From Candidatus Sulfomarinibacteraceae bacterium (GTDB lineage Bacteria > Acidobacteriota > Thermoanaerobaculia > Thermoanaerobaculales > Sulfomarinibacteraceae): a stretch of 64,000 nucleotides of DNA. The translations under genes and the position numbers were made by a program. Location: the NCBI GenBank assembly GCA_963796455.1, contig CAWCLO010000010.1, positions 480,001 through 544,000 of the forward strand, read 5' to 3'. Shown in pieces: positions 47,688 through 58,132 of this stretch. The notes beneath the pieces were generated by a model. The model did not search any database, was not told where the DNA came from, and saw nothing but the letters and a program-made list of their open reading frames with translations. Position 1 is the stretch's first letter. Each line of letters opens with the position of its first letter.

Positions 47688-48389
47688 CTAGTTGCGCCTT
47701 CGCCCCTTGTCGGGATAGAAATCGACTTCGTGAGCGAGGCAGCACATGAGGCGGCCGCACAGACCCGAGATCTTGGCAGGATTCAGGCTGAGGTTTTGCC
47801 GTTTGGCCATGCGGACGGTCACCGAGTGGAAACGATCCATGAAGGTCGTACAACACAGGCTGCGGCCGCAGGGCCCGAGACCGCCACACAGGCGGGCGCC
47901 GTCACGCACTCCGAGGGAACGCATCTCGATTTTTCGCCGGTAGCGGCGACCCAGATCCCGCTGAAGGGGGCGATAGTCGACTCGTTTTTCGGCCGAGAAG
48001 AAGATCACCGCGGTGCGGCCCGAGAGCGGGAGACGGACCTTGAATGGGTGGAGGTCGAGTTCGAGTTCGCGCGTCTTGCGCCGCACGTATGTTTCGATCT
48101 CGCGTTCGAGATGGGCGGTGTCCTCGTGCCGCTTCTCATCATCCGGGGTCGACCGGCGAAGTACCCGGGCGGCCGACCGGCGGGGCTTTTTGAAGCTCGG
48201 AGGAGAGTAGGCCGTAACCCTGCCGACAAACTTGCCATCCGGGGTCTCGACGACAATCGACTCGCCGTGGACAAGCTCGAATCGACCGGCGCGGCAAGGC
48301 AAGGGGGGGAGATCGGGATCAACCGACACCTTCACCCAATCTTCAACAACCGGCAACATCTTACACTCGATGAGATCAGGCATGCTCAT
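47688..48389 (-). CDS. ricT: PSP1/RicT (YaaT) family Fe-S protein
   Basis: FSAEKRVDYR, GLGPCGRSLCC, MAKRQNLSLNP.KISGLCGRLMCCL. Confidence 0.9.
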   Translation of the reverse strand: MSMPDLIECKMLPVVEDWVKVSVDPDLPPLPCRAGRFELVHGESIVVETPDGKFVGRVTAYSPPSFKKPRRSAARVLRRSTPDDEKRHEDTAHLEREIETYVRRKTRELELDLHPFKVRLPLSGRTAVIFFSAEKRVDYRPLQRDLGRRYRRKIEMRSLGVRDGARLCGGLGPCGRSLCCTTFMDRFHSVTVRMAKRQNLSLNPAKISGLCGRLMCCLAHEVDFYPDKGRRRN

Positions 48390-48894
48390 CACCTGTCGAG
48401 GCGAGCTCTGCCGCGATTTCTTCGTCGCCCGCCGCAACTTTCTCGGCACCTTCCCGCCGCAACTTTTCGAGAGCAGTGCGGACCTCTGGTTTCGCGCCCG
48501 CAACAATCTGCGCCGCAAAAAACGCTGCGTTTTTGGCGCCCGCGGGTCCGACGGCAAAGGTCGCGACCGGGATGCCCGACGGCATCTGAACCGTTGACAA
48601 CAGGGCATCGACGCCATCGAGAACTCCACCGGGGAGAGGCACTCCCAACACCGGCCTGTTGGTGTGAGCCGCAACCACGCCGGCGAGATGAGCGGCCATG
48701 CCGGCCGCGCAGATAAAGGCCTGACACCCTTCAGCATCCGCCCGACGCACCAATTCGACGGTCCGTTCAGGCGTTCGATGGGCTGAGGACACATGGACGT
48801 CAAAGGAGACCCCGAGCTGCGTCAGCACATCGGTCGCTCCCCGGAGGTGCTTCCAGTCACTGGTTGAACCCATCAGAATGAGAACCTCAGCCAC
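48376..48894 (-). CDS. purE: N5-CAIR mutase
   Basis: ILMGSTSD, SAHRTP, AGMAAHL, STVQMPSG; GTG 48894. Confidence 0.96.
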   Translation of the reverse strand: MAEVLILMGSTSDWKHLRGATDVLTQLGVSFDVHVSSAHRTPERTVELVRRADAEGCQAFICAAGMAAHLAGVVAAHTNRPVLGVPLPGGVLDGVDALLSTVQMPSGIPVATFAVGPAGAKNAAFFAAQIVAGAKPEVRTALEKLRREGAEKVAAGDEEIAAELASTGDEHA

Positions 48895-50176
48895 CGGCTG
48901 TCCCCAGCGTACGGAGGGTGTCCTGCCCGATATCCGAGCGATACCACATCCCCTCAAAGGAGATCTTTTCAACCCCGCCGTAGGCGACCGTCAGCGCCTC
49001 ATCAAGGGTCGGACCGCGGCCGCATACCGAGAGCACCCGGCCTCCCGAGGTCACGAGGTGCCCACGGTCGCGCTTGGTGCCGGCGTGGTAGACCGTCACA
49101 CCGGGCAGGGCCATCGCCTCGTTGGTACCGGTGATCTCGCTGCCCTTGAGCGGATTGCCGGGATAACCGTCGGCAGCCACCACGACGCACGCAACCGCTT
49201 CCTTGCGCCACCGCATCGTCGGCACTCCGAGAACACCACCGGCGGCATCGAGAGCCACGCGCGCAAAGTTGTCGTCGAGGCGGAGAAAGATCGCCTGGGT
49301 CTCGGGATCACCAAAACGGCAATTGAATTCCAGGACTCTCGGCCCGTCTTTGGTCAGCATCAGACCGGCGTACAGCACGCCTCGATATTCTCGTCCCTCG
49401 GCAGCCATGCCGGCGACGACCGGCCGCACTACCGTATCGAGGATCAAGCGGCTGGTTCCCGGCGGAATCACGAGCGCCGGTGAGTGCGCCCCCATGCCGC
49501 CGGTGTTGGGGCCTTCGTCGTTGTCATGTGCCCGTTTGTAGTCGTGTGAGGTGGCGATGGGCACGACGCGAGTGCCGTCGCAGATCGCCATGTATGAAAC
49601 CTCTTCTCCGACCAGACACTCTTCGACCAACACTTTGTCGCCAGCGTCGCCAAATCGACGCTGTTCGTAGAAAATATCGAGCGCTTCTGCCAATTCATCT
49701 TTGTTGTTGATGATGAGCACGCCCTTGCCGGCGGCGAGGCCGTCGGCCTTGAAAACGACCGGAAACCCGAATTCGCGGGCCGCGGCCCGCGCTTCATCGC
49801 GACTGCGCACGACCTTGGCCGCGGCGGTGGGAATATCGTGCCGCCAACAAAACTCTTTGGCGAAAACTTTGCTCGACTCGAGTTCGGCCGCCGCCTGCCG
49901 TGGTCCGAAGAGGCGGAGATTCCGGCGCTCGAACTCATCGGCGATACCCATCGCCAAAGGTACTTCCGGGCCGACTATGGTCAGATCAACCCGAAGATCC
50001 GCCGCGGCTTCAGCAAGAGTCAGCAAATCGTTGGGGGAAACCGGCAAGAGATCTGCGGCTTGCGCGATTCCCGGATTGCCTGGGGCCGCAAAGATCTCCG
50101 TCACCCCCTGGGAGCGCCGCAGAGCGTGGACAATGGCATGTTCGCGAGCTCCCGAGCCGATAACGAGAACGCGCAT
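48887..50176 (-). CDS. purD: Phosphoribosylamine--glycine ligase
   Basis: GSGAREHA, VGPE, KADGLAAGKGV, GPNTGGMG, EFNCRFGDPE. Confidence 0.98.
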   Translation of the reverse strand: MRVLVIGSGAREHAIVHALRRSQGVTEIFAAPGNPGIAQAADLLPVSPNDLLTLAEAAADLRVDLTIVGPEVPLAMGIADEFERRNLRLFGPRQAAAELESSKVFAKEFCWRHDIPTAAAKVVRSRDEARAAAREFGFPVVFKADGLAAGKGVLIINNKDELAEALDIFYEQRRFGDAGDKVLVEECLVGEEVSYMAICDGTRVVPIATSHDYKRAHDNDEGPNTGGMGAHSPALVIPPGTSRLILDTVVRPVVAGMAAEGREYRGVLYAGLMLTKDGPRVLEFNCRFGDPETQAIFLRLDDNFARVALDAAGGVLGVPTMRWRKEAVACVVVAADGYPGNPLKGSEITGTNEAMALPGVTVYHAGTKRDRGHLVTSGGRVLSVCGRGPTLDEALTVAYGGVEKISFEGMWYRSDIGQDTLRTLGTAGG

Positions 50177-50182
50177 ATCGAT

Positions 50183-51193
50183 CTACCCCTTTGCCTGGAG
50201 GAGGCTCAATAAACTGGTTTGAACGATATCGGCGGCCGAGCAACCGCGAGAAAGATCATTCGCGGGTTTGGCCAGACCCTGCATCAGGGGACCGAGCGCG
50301 CGGGCACCACCGAGCCGTTCGGCTGCTTTGTACGTGATGTTGCCGGAATTGAGATCCGGAAAGACCAGCACGTTGGCTTTTCCTGCCACCTCCGACCCCG
50401 GCGCTTTGCTGGCGCCGATTCTGGGAACCAGAGCCGCATCGAACTGCATCTCACCATCAAATCTGAAGTCGAGTTCCCGCCCCTCGAGATCGGCCCGCGC
50501 ATCGGCGACCTTGGTCACCAGCGGATGCGTGGCGGAGCCTTTGGTCGAGAAGGAGAGCAGCGCAACCCGGGGTTCGCCACCGACGATCGAGCGGAAGGTC
50601 GCAGCCGCCGAAATCGCGATTTCCGCCAGCTGTTTCGAATCCGGGTCCGGCAGCACGGCGCAGTCGGAGAACACCATGACGCCTTCATCACCAAAGGCCG
50701 GGTCGGGATGGACCATGACAAATGCCGAGGACACCGTTTTCAGCCCTTCTCCAGGTCCGATACAGTGCAGGGCGGCGCGGACCGTGTCCGCAGTCGTTCG
50801 GACGGCACCACCCACCGACGCATCGGCCGCCCCGGTGGCAACCAACAGGGAGGTGAAGTACAGCGGGTCCTCGACGGCGGTCATGGCATCCGTTTCCGTG
50901 AGTCCCTTGTGCGCTCGGCGTTGGAGAAGGTAAGCAGCCAGCTCCTCCCGCCGGGGATCTTTTCCTGGATCAGCAATATCGACGCCGAGTTTTTCGAGTT
51001 TTTCGTGCTCCGGACCACGGTCAGCGCCCGGACATACCATCGTCACCGAAAATGGGCCCCGTGCAGCAAGATCGGCTGCTGCCTCGATGACTCTCGCATC
51101 GTGTCCTTCAGCGAGCGCCACCCGGCCACCGGCTTTGGCCGCACGGGCCTCCAGCTTGTCGAGGAAATCCACAACCGCCTCCCGAAAAGACAT
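50183..51193 (-). CDS. pta: Phosphate acetyltransferase
   Basis: [44 protein letters not shown]. Confidence 0.95.
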   Translation of the reverse strand: MSFREAVVDFLDKLEARAAKAGGRVALAEGHDARVIEAAADLAARGPFSVTMVCPGADRGPEHEKLEKLGVDIADPGKDPRREELAAYLLQRRAHKGLTETDAMTAVEDPLYFTSLLVATGAADASVGGAVRTTADTVRAALHCIGPGEGLKTVSSAFVMVHPDPAFGDEGVMVFSDCAVLPDPDSKQLAEIAISAAATFRSIVGGEPRVALLSFSTKGSATHPLVTKVADARADLEGRELDFRFDGEMQFDAALVPRIGASKAPGSEVAGKANVLVFPDLNSGNITYKAAERLGGARALGPLMQGLAKPANDLSRGCSAADIVQTSLLSLLQAKG

Positions 51194-51273
51194 TGTACCG
51201 CAGCGATCTCGGTGACCGGAACACTCTGCGGAACAAAGCTGTTGTAGCTGAGAAGGAAGCTCAAGGAGAACCC

Positions 51274-52203
51274 ATGCGAATCGCATCGGACATGACCCGC
51301 CTGATGGGCAATACGCCCCTGGTGCGCCTGAATCGTATGGCGGCCGCGGTCGATGCCACCGTGGTTGCCAAACTCGAGTTCTTCAACCCTGCCCACTCCG
51401 TCAAAGATCGCCTTGGAGTGGCCATGATTGAAACACTGGAGCGCGACGGCGTACTTGAGCCCGGGGTCTCGACAATCATCGAGGCGACTTCGGGCAATAC
51501 CGGCATCGCGCTCGCAATGGTGGCCGCCGCCCGCGGTTACCGGTGCGTGCTCACGATGCCTGAGTCCATGTCTCTGGAACGGCGAAAAATCCTCAATCTC
51601 CTGGGTGCAGAGATTGTTCTGACACCTGCCGCGGAGGGCATGAAGGGCGCGGCCGCCAAGGCCGAGGCCCTGCTCGAGGATATCTCCAACGCGGTGATCC
51701 CGGACCAGTTCTCGAACCCGGCCAACCCCGAGATCCACGCCACGACCACTGCGCTGGAATTGTGGCGCGATTGCGACGGGCAGATGGATGCCTTTGTCGC
51801 CGGCGTCGGCACCGGCGGTACCATTTCCGGAGTCGGGCGGGTGTGGAAGAAGCGCCGACCGCAAACCCGGATCATCGCCGTTGAGCCTGCCGACTCACCG
51901 GTGCTTTCAGGCGGCGAAGCAGGACCTCACAAGATCCAAGGCATCGGCGCGGGCTTCATCCCACCAAACGTTGATATTTCGGTGATCGACGAGACTGTGA
52001 CTGTGACAAACGACGAGGCGTTCTCAGCCGCCCGACGACTCGCCCGGGAAGAAGGGATTCTGGCCGGGATCTCCTCCGGCGCGGCCTGCGCTGCCGCCCT
52101 CAAAGTGGCGGAGAGAAAAGAAATGGCGGGCAAGTTGATCGTATTCGTCGTGCCCTCGACGGCGGAGCGGTATATCTCCACCGATCTCTTTGCCTCCGAC
52201 TGA
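51274..52203 (+). CDS. cysK: Cysteine synthase A
   Basis: [35 protein letters not shown]. Confidence 0.97.
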   Translation: MRIASDMTRLMGNTPLVRLNRMAAAVDATVVAKLEFFNPAHSVKDRLGVAMIETLERDGVLEPGVSTIIEATSGNTGIALAMVAAARGYRCVLTMPESMSLERRKILNLLGAEIVLTPAAEGMKGAAAKAEALLEDISNAVIPDQFSNPANPEIHATTTALELWRDCDGQMDAFVAGVGTGGTISGVGRVWKKRRPQTRIIAVEPADSPVLSGGEAGPHKIQGIGAGFIPPNVDISVIDETVTVTNDEAFSAARRLAREEGILAGISSGAACAAALKVAERKEMAGKLIVFVVPSTAERYISTDLFASD

Positions 52204-52240
52204 AAGGGGGGCACCCGTCGGGGACCTTCGGGATCGGCCT

Positions 52241-53134
52241 TCAACGGCGCACGGGGAGACGCACCATCAACGACAGGGGATCGATCCCGATCTCCACCGG
52301 CAGCACACCCACGACATCGCCGTCGATCTGGTAGGGGACCTGTTCACCCTCCGAGGCCGGTTCAAGCCGGACCGACTGAACGATTTCTCGAGAAACGTCA
52401 TCCCTCGAAACGTGGCGGCCGCTTGGAATGCCGAAAAGAAACGAGGCCGCGGCCCGCCGGCCCGCCGTCTTCTGCGCTACCACCTCGAGGTCGGCACGAA
52501 AGGGGTCCGCTCCCGGCGTCGCGCAGTGATTCCCCGCATAACATTGCGAGTTCCCGATGATGACCCAACCGGCTTCATCGACCTGCCCATTGCTCACGAT
52601 CCGCATCACCGGCAGCGCGTTGGCTGAAAAGACTTCGACCACCGCCTGCAAGGCCACGCCAACCCTTCCACCAAGTCTTTTAAACGATGGCCGCAGCCGT
52701 TCCAGGACGAAGGAATCCGGACCCGCCGAGAGCATCAACAATACGAGGTCCCCGCGATCGGTTCGTCCGACCCGCATGACCCGGTCCTCGCCCTCGAGCA
52801 GATCCAGGACTGCCCTGTGGGCCGGTCTGGGAACACCGAATTCATAGGCCAGAACCGAGGTCGTGCCACCCGGCAGAACCCCCATGGCCGTCGTGCTTCC
52901 AAGCAAACCGCGCGCCACTGCGTTATAGGTGCCATCGCCACCAAAAACCAGCACCAGCGGCACTTTCTTCGATGCCGCCTCGGCCGCCAGATCCGTTGTG
53001 TGTTCGCCGCTGCGGGTAAGAAGAAATTCGATTTCGGCTCCGGCGGCAGCAGCCACGTCTTGCAGCCTTTTCTGGTGCCGGAGCAGCCGCCCACCACCGG
53101 CGGTCGGGTTGAGGATCACCGGAACCTGATTCAC
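52241..53134 (-). CDS. Diacylglycerol/lipid kinase family protein
   Basis: [22 protein letters not shown]. Confidence 0.88.
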   Translation of the reverse strand: MNQVPVILNPTAGGGRLLRHQKRLQDVAAAAGAEIEFLLTRSGEHTTDLAAEAASKKVPLVLVFGGDGTYNAVARGLLGSTTAMGVLPGGTTSVLAYEFGVPRPAHRAVLDLLEGEDRVMRVGRTDRGDLVLLMLSAGPDSFVLERLRPSFKRLGGRVGVALQAVVEVFSANALPVMRIVSNGQVDEAGWVIIGNSQCYAGNHCATPGADPFRADLEVVAQKTAGRRAAASFLFGIPSGRHVSRDDVSREIVQSVRLEPASEGEQVPYQIDGDVVGVLPVEIGIDPLSLMVRLPVRR

Positions 53135-54165
53135 CGATGATTCCCCTGGTCGAAGAGATCCTTCGCGCCGGGCGGTCGGTCGAGTCCGAGATGTTTGAAG
53201 GCCGCCGCGGTCACCGTCCGGCCGCGGGGGGTCCGCTGGAGGAGACCGATCTGCAGAAGGTAGGGCTCGTGAATGTCCTCGAGGGTGCCGCGGTCTTCAC
53301 CGATCGATGCCGCCAAGGCCTTGAGTCCCACCGGACCGCCGTTGTAGACATCGATGATGGTGGTCAAAAGTTGTCGATCGAGATGATCGAGGCCGAAGCC
53401 ATCTACCTCCATCTGTTCCAGCCCCCAGCGGGTTGCTTCCAGAGTCACCACCTCCGAACCGAGGTGGTGCGCAAAGTCGCGAACCCGACGCAGCAAACGA
53501 TTGGCGATCCGCGGGGTGCCGCGAGCACGACGGGCAATCTCGTCAGCGGCATCGGAATCCACCTCGATGCCGAGGATTCCCGCCGATCGACCGACGATCA
53601 CTGCAAGATCATCCGCGGGGTAGAACTCGAGGCGATGGACGATTCCGAAGCGGTCACGCAACGGTGCCGTCAACAACCCGGTCCGGGTGGTCGCGCCAAC
53701 CAGGGTGAAGCGCGGCAACGACAATCGCACGCTGCGTGCCGCCGGGCCCTGGCCGATCACCAGATCGAGTTCGAAGTCCTCCATCGCGGGGTAGAGAACT
53801 TCTTCCACCGCCGGCGGCATGCGATGGATTTCGTCGATGAAGAGCACATCGCCGGTCTCGAGATTGGTGAGCATGGCCGCCAGATCTCCGGCTCGCTCCA
53901 ATACCGGACCCGAGGTGAAGTGGATCTGGGCACCCATTTCGTGGCCGATGATGCATGCGAGTGTGGTTTTGCCAAGTCCCGGGGGGCCAAAGAACAGCGC
54001 GTGATCGAGGGCCTCGCCTCGGTGCCTCGCGGCATCGATAAAAACCCGGAGATTGGTGACCAAACGCTCCTGGCCGACAAACTCCTCGAGCCGACGCGGC
54101 CGCAGCGTTTCTTCGTACGGGCCTTCATCTTTTTGCGGCTCGGTGTTGAGAATTTCGTCGCTCAT
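53131..54165 (-). CDS. ruvB: Holliday junction branch migration helicase
   Basis: [34 protein letters not shown]. Confidence 0.98.
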   Translation of the reverse strand: MSDEILNTEPQKDEGPYEETLRPRRLEEFVGQERLVTNLRVFIDAARHRGEALDHALFFGPPGLGKTTLACIIGHEMGAQIHFTSGPVLERAGDLAAMLTNLETGDVLFIDEIHRMPPAVEEVLYPAMEDFELDLVIGQGPAARSVRLSLPRFTLVGATTRTGLLTAPLRDRFGIVHRLEFYPADDLAVIVGRSAGILGIEVDSDAADEIARRARGTPRIANRLLRRVRDFAHHLGSEVVTLEATRWGLEQMEVDGFGLDHLDRQLLTTIIDVYNGGPVGLKALAASIGEDRGTLEDIHEPYLLQIGLLQRTPRGRTVTAAAFKHLGLDRPPGAKDLFDQGNHR

Positions 54166-54367
54166 ACCCCGACTCTACCCTATCGACAAATCAGAGGGAA
54201 CGGCGGAGTGGATGCTGGATGCTAGATCACTCTTGTCCAAGACAGAGTCTCGGCTGGCGTTCAGGGACGGCGACAGCGATCAGCGTCAGGGACAGGGAAC
54301 AGCAATCAGTGTTCAGCGTCAGCGAACAGGAGTCAGCGTCACGTTTGACTGGCATGGGGCCCTGAAA

Positions 54368-54754
54368 TCAAGACTTCGGGTTGAGCAATCTCCAAGTCAT
54401 TGCACGCACCTGATCGAAGGCCATCATCGCTTTACTGGCTCCATTTCGACTGATCGCCCCGGCGTGGGCGAGGAGCTCCAAGTGGCTGTCGACCTCTTTC
54501 GCGGAAGCGTAGGCGATTCTCCAATGGTTCGACCGGTCTCTACCGACTCGGCCGTGCCCTTCTGCCAGATTCGCAGGGACCGAACTCGCCGACCGGATCA
54601 CCTGATCGGCTATGGACTTCAGCGGAGCTGGAACCCTCATCACGATCTTGATCGCGATTCCTGCTGCTTCGAGGGCTTTCGAGTGGGCGACGAGGTTGGT
54701 GTTCGTGGCGGCTGAGGACATGGTCACGTCCGGGTCGTTCATGCCCATTCCCAC
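54368..54754 (-). CDS. Four-helix-bundle protein (23S rRNA intervening-sequence protein / Avd-like family)
   Basis: IADQVIRSASSVPANLAEGHGR..HWRIAYASAKEVDSHL matches the family motif (QxxRAxxSIPxNIAEGxGR..IAxGSxxE). The start could be 54742 or 54721. Confidence 0.88.
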   Translation of the reverse strand: MGMGMNDPDVTMSSAATNTNLVAHSKALEAAGIAIKIVMRVPAPLKSIADQVIRSASSVPANLAEGHGRVGRDRSNHWRIAYASAKEVDSHLELLAHAGAISRNGASKAMMAFDQVRAMTWRLLNPKS

Positions 54755-55083
54755 AAGCCGGTGTGGTGGCCGATGTCAAGGATGCCCTGCACCCTGCCTG
54801 TCCTTGACATCGGCCGCCCACCGGCTACCCCTTCTGTTGAACGACCCGGTGGTGACCACTTCGTCGCCTGTACTCCTGACCGCTGCTGCTGCTCTCGGCG
54901 CTCGCTGACGGTGTCCCTGTTCGCTGTTGCCTGTCGCTGACGCTGGACACTGTCGCTGCCGCTGCAATTCGGGATCGGGAACGGGTACGTGCCAACCGCG
55001 AACCGGATATGCCAAAAACCAACCCGTAAACCACGTGTTGTCAGGTGGGTAACTTCAGGTGACGATCTGTTTTGGACAGCAGT

Positions 55084-55144
55084 GATGCTAGATGCTAGAT
55101 GCTAGATGCTAGATGCTAGATGCTAGATGCTAGATGCTAGATGC
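55084..55144 (+). repeat. Heptamer tandem array (GATGCTA)x8 plus partial copy
   Basis: Counted directly; inverted degenerate copies (ATCGAGC, ATCCAGT, CAGCATC) at ~55240-55281. Confidence 0.96.
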
Positions 55145-55295
55145 GACAAGATCGTCGATTCACCCCAAAGCATTGTGAAGGGCTACACCGGAACTGATGG
55201 TGATTTGCGCTTGAGGGGACTTTTCAGGAGACAGATTCAATCGAGGATCGAGCATCCTGCGTCCAGCATCCAGTATCGAGCCTGGGTTGGTGGGC

Positions 55296-55862
55296 TCAGC
55301 GCGTGAGCTTCTTCAGCGCCAGGCGGAGGACCTCGCCGAGATCCTCGCCACCGGCATCGGGCCACACCGCGTCGATGGTCTTGGCCGCATCCCGTTCCGA
55401 GTAGCCGAGATTCACCAGCGCGGACACCGCATCCGGTCGTCGGTGGTCGAGAGCTTTGGAGGTGGCCGTCAAGCGGTCCTTGAGTTCGAGGATGATCCGT
55501 TCGGCCGTTTTGCGGCCGACCCCGGGACTGCGCTGCAGACGTGCGCGATCGCCCGCCTCGATGGTCTGCGCGAGCTCATCGGCGGAGAGGGCCGAAAGCA
55601 CCCCGAGTGCCGTCCGCGGCCCGACACCCGCAACTCCGATGAGCTGCTGAAAGGCTTCGAGATCCTCGCGCTCGGGGAATCCATACAACACGATGGCGTC
55701 GGCGCGAACCTGGGTGGAAATCCAGAGCACAGCCTGCTCCCGGCCGGCAAGCTCGGAATAGGCCCGCAAGGTGGTCGACACCAGATAGCCGACGCCTCCG
55801 ACGTCGATCAGAACCGTCCCGGGGTCGACGCCGTGAAGGCGACCCTCGAGGCGCCCGATCAT
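55296..55862 (-). CDS. ruvA: Holliday junction branch migration protein
   Basis: MIGRLEG, DVGGVGY, LYGF, GVGPRTAL, PGVGRKTAERI, ALVNLGY. Confidence 0.97.
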   Translation of the reverse strand: MIGRLEGRLHGVDPGTVLIDVGGVGYLVSTTLRAYSELAGREQAVLWISTQVRADAIVLYGFPEREDLEAFQQLIGVAGVGPRTALGVLSALSADELAQTIEAGDRARLQRSPGVGRKTAERIILELKDRLTATSKALDHRRPDAVSALVNLGYSERDAAKTIDAVWPDAGGEDLGEVLRLALKKLTR

Positions 55863-57814
55863 GAACGGGAGGGGCTGAATCGCTGCATGATGTCGTTGTC
55901 GATCGTCACCTGGGTGTCACGCCGTCGTTCGTTGAGGATCGAGCGCAAGAACATGTTGGCGCGCTCCGCGGTCAACCTGGCACGAACCCCTTCGAGTTGG
56001 CCCTCGAGCTCAAAGGTCTCCACCAACTGGAGCTCGCGCACCCGTACGACAAACACACCATCATCACCGGCGTTCACCGGGTCCAGGATTTCGCCCGCAG
56101 CCGCGCGGAAAACCCCGGCGTCGACAGCTGCCACTGCTCCGACACCCGCGATCACCGCCCCGCGGCGGTGTCCCGGCACATCGGTGAGGGTCGAGCCGGC
56201 ACCCTCGGCAAGCTCCGCCCCGTCGCTTCCCTGGCGCCATTGTTCTGCCAACTCCCGGCCTTCTACCATGGCCAGTTCGAGTGCCCTTTCCTGCCGCAAC
56301 GCCTGCTCCACGGCGACGCGAACATCCTCGAAGGGTGGAACGCCCGCGGGCCGGATCTCCGCCAACTGCCAGACGATGTAGCCCCGTCGCGCGGGAATCG
56401 GACCTACGATATCGCCAACTTCGCCGACAAACACCTCGTTGGCCAGGGTTCCATCTTCAGAGGCTCCGGGAATCGTTTCTCCAAGCGAAAACGGCAGGCT
56501 CACGTTGACGGCCACCGCATCATCCTCGGCTGCAATCACTTCCCACGCCTCAACGGTGTCGGGTCGCTCCGACTGCAATCGCCGGGCCAGCGCCGTCGCT
56601 CGTGATTCGGCCTCGGCAGAGGCGCGGCCTTCAACGACTCGCGAACGGACGGTCTCGATAACCTCTTCAAGAGGCTGTTGGTGTTCCGGCCGAAACGCCT
56701 CGACCTTGATGATATGGAAGCCGAATTCACTCCGGACGGGGCCGATGATCTCACCCGGTTTGGCCGAGAACACCGCATTGTCGAACTCAGCAACCATCCG
56801 GCCGCGTCCAAACCAGCCGAGATCACCACCGTTGTCCTTGGATCCGGGGTCTTCAGAGTGTTTCGCTGCGATCTCGCCAAAATCGGCCCCGGATCGTGCG
56901 ATGGCAGCCACGCCACCGGCAAGGGCCTCGGCGTCAGTTCGTTTTTCTGGTGTTGCGTCAGGGGTGAGACGGATCAAAATGTGGCGGGCATTCGCCTGTT
57001 CGCCTTGCAGAAAATCTTCCTGGTGTTCCTGGTAGTAGGCCTCGAGTTCGGAATCCTCCACGGGCAGAGATCGACGCAGTTTGTCGGTCTCGACCACGAG
57101 GTATCGAATCACTCGCTGTTCTTCACGGATGTAGTCGTCCGCCGTTGCCGCAAAGGCCGCGCGGGCGTCCTCTTCAGAAATCGAAACACCTGTGAGGTAG
57201 TCCGCATAGTTCAAGCGAATCACATCGAGGTCCGCGGTCTCACGGGTGCGGCGGAACTCCGATTCGGCCTCGTCATCGCTCACCCAGACGGATCTGTGCG
57301 CCAGCGTGTTGAGTTTACCGATCATGAGATCTTCGCGGAGGCGCGCTTCGAACTCCGACGGCACCATCCTGAAGTTTGCGGTGACGATCCGCTCGTAGGT
57401 TTCCGTGCCGACAAAAGCCCCATTGGCATCCTGGAAGCTGGGAATCTCGAGAATCGCTTCCTGGAGTTCGTCAGGAGTCACCGTGATGCCGATATCACGT
57501 GCCTCGGCGAGCTGGAGCTCGCGATCGACAAAATACTGTGTTGTTTGCCCGGCGAGATCGATCTGGTCCCGGATCTGGTTCCACTGCTCACCATAGATTC
57601 TCGAAAACTGTTGGTCGATCCGGCGCATTTCAACCATGAATTCCGCCTCGGAAATCGAGCGGTTTCCGATCGTCATCGCAGCTCCGCCGCCGCCGGGCCC
57701 GCCCGGACGTCCTGCTCCCCAGTCGACAAAGACCAGGAGCACGAAGACGATGACGACGCCCCAGAGAATAAACTTCAGATGCCGCAGGTTGTCTCGCAAC
57801 CATTTGAGTGCCAT
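55859..57814 (-). CDS. ppiD: PpiD-like SurA-N/parvulin periplasmic folding chaperone
   Basis: N-terminal TM; ARHILI, SEDPGS..NGGDLG, MVAEFD, SEFGFHIIK. Confidence 0.88.
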   Translation of the reverse strand: MALKWLRDNLRHLKFILWGVVIVFVLLVFVDWGAGRPGGPGGGGAAMTIGNRSISEAEFMVEMRRIDQQFSRIYGEQWNQIRDQIDLAGQTTQYFVDRELQLAEARDIGITVTPDELQEAILEIPSFQDANGAFVGTETYERIVTANFRMVPSEFEARLREDLMIGKLNTLAHRSVWVSDDEAESEFRRTRETADLDVIRLNYADYLTGVSISEEDARAAFAATADDYIREEQRVIRYLVVETDKLRRSLPVEDSELEAYYQEHQEDFLQGEQANARHILIRLTPDATPEKRTDAEALAGGVAAIARSGADFGEIAAKHSEDPGSKDNGGDLGWFGRGRMVAEFDNAVFSAKPGEIIGPVRSEFGFHIIKVEAFRPEHQQPLEEVIETVRSRVVEGRASAEAESRATALARRLQSERPDTVEAWEVIAAEDDAVAVNVSLPFSLGETIPGASEDGTLANEVFVGEVGDIVGPIPARRGYIVWQLAEIRPAGVPPFEDVRVAVEQALRQERALELAMVEGRELAEQWRQGSDGAELAEGAGSTLTDVPGHRRGAVIAGVGAVAAVDAGVFRAAAGEILDPVNAGDDGVFVVRVRELQLVETFELEGQLEGVRARLTAERANMFLRSILNERRRDTQVTIDNDIMQRFSPSRS

Positions 57815-58132
57815 GGGTTCCTCCGCCCGAGGAAAATCGGGACAGCGAAGTGTACCGAAACGATTGGGGCTTCGCAAGAGATCCCGCTCGGATTGCGCCG
57901 GCGAAAGCGGCCCACATGCACCCTGTTTACACCCGTTCATCTCGGCTCTCCCGGGCTCGATCTGACATTTTTCGGTACAATTAACCGGCACCGAAGGGCG
58001 CCACCAACCATCGCAATTCGCGGACCTCGCACAACGAAGGTCATCGATAGCTTGCCGCTTGATAACGCGCATGTTACGGTGTTTTTTGGAGGTTTATCGA
58101 CTGTGTCCAGGGGTCTGGAGCTTGATTGGGTT

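Larger units (their letters stand above)
54209..55281. mobile_element. Repeat-armed insertion carrying a four-helix-bundle gene, between ruvA and ruvB
   Basis: About 1.1 kb separates ruvA from ruvB. It has heptamer and hexamer arms, internal IRs, and blocks homologous to 5.45-5.97 kb. No transposase; mobility is inferred. Confidence 0.6.

Noticed and set aside
54368..54754. Diversity-generating retroelement or 23S rRNA intervening sequence
   Set aside because: No reverse transcriptase, no TR/VR pair with adenine-specific mismatches, and no rRNA around the gene.
56678..58132. N-terminal ~485 aa of the 948-aa ORF
   Set aside because: Antisense to ppiD; the real FecR-domain protein begins near 58133.
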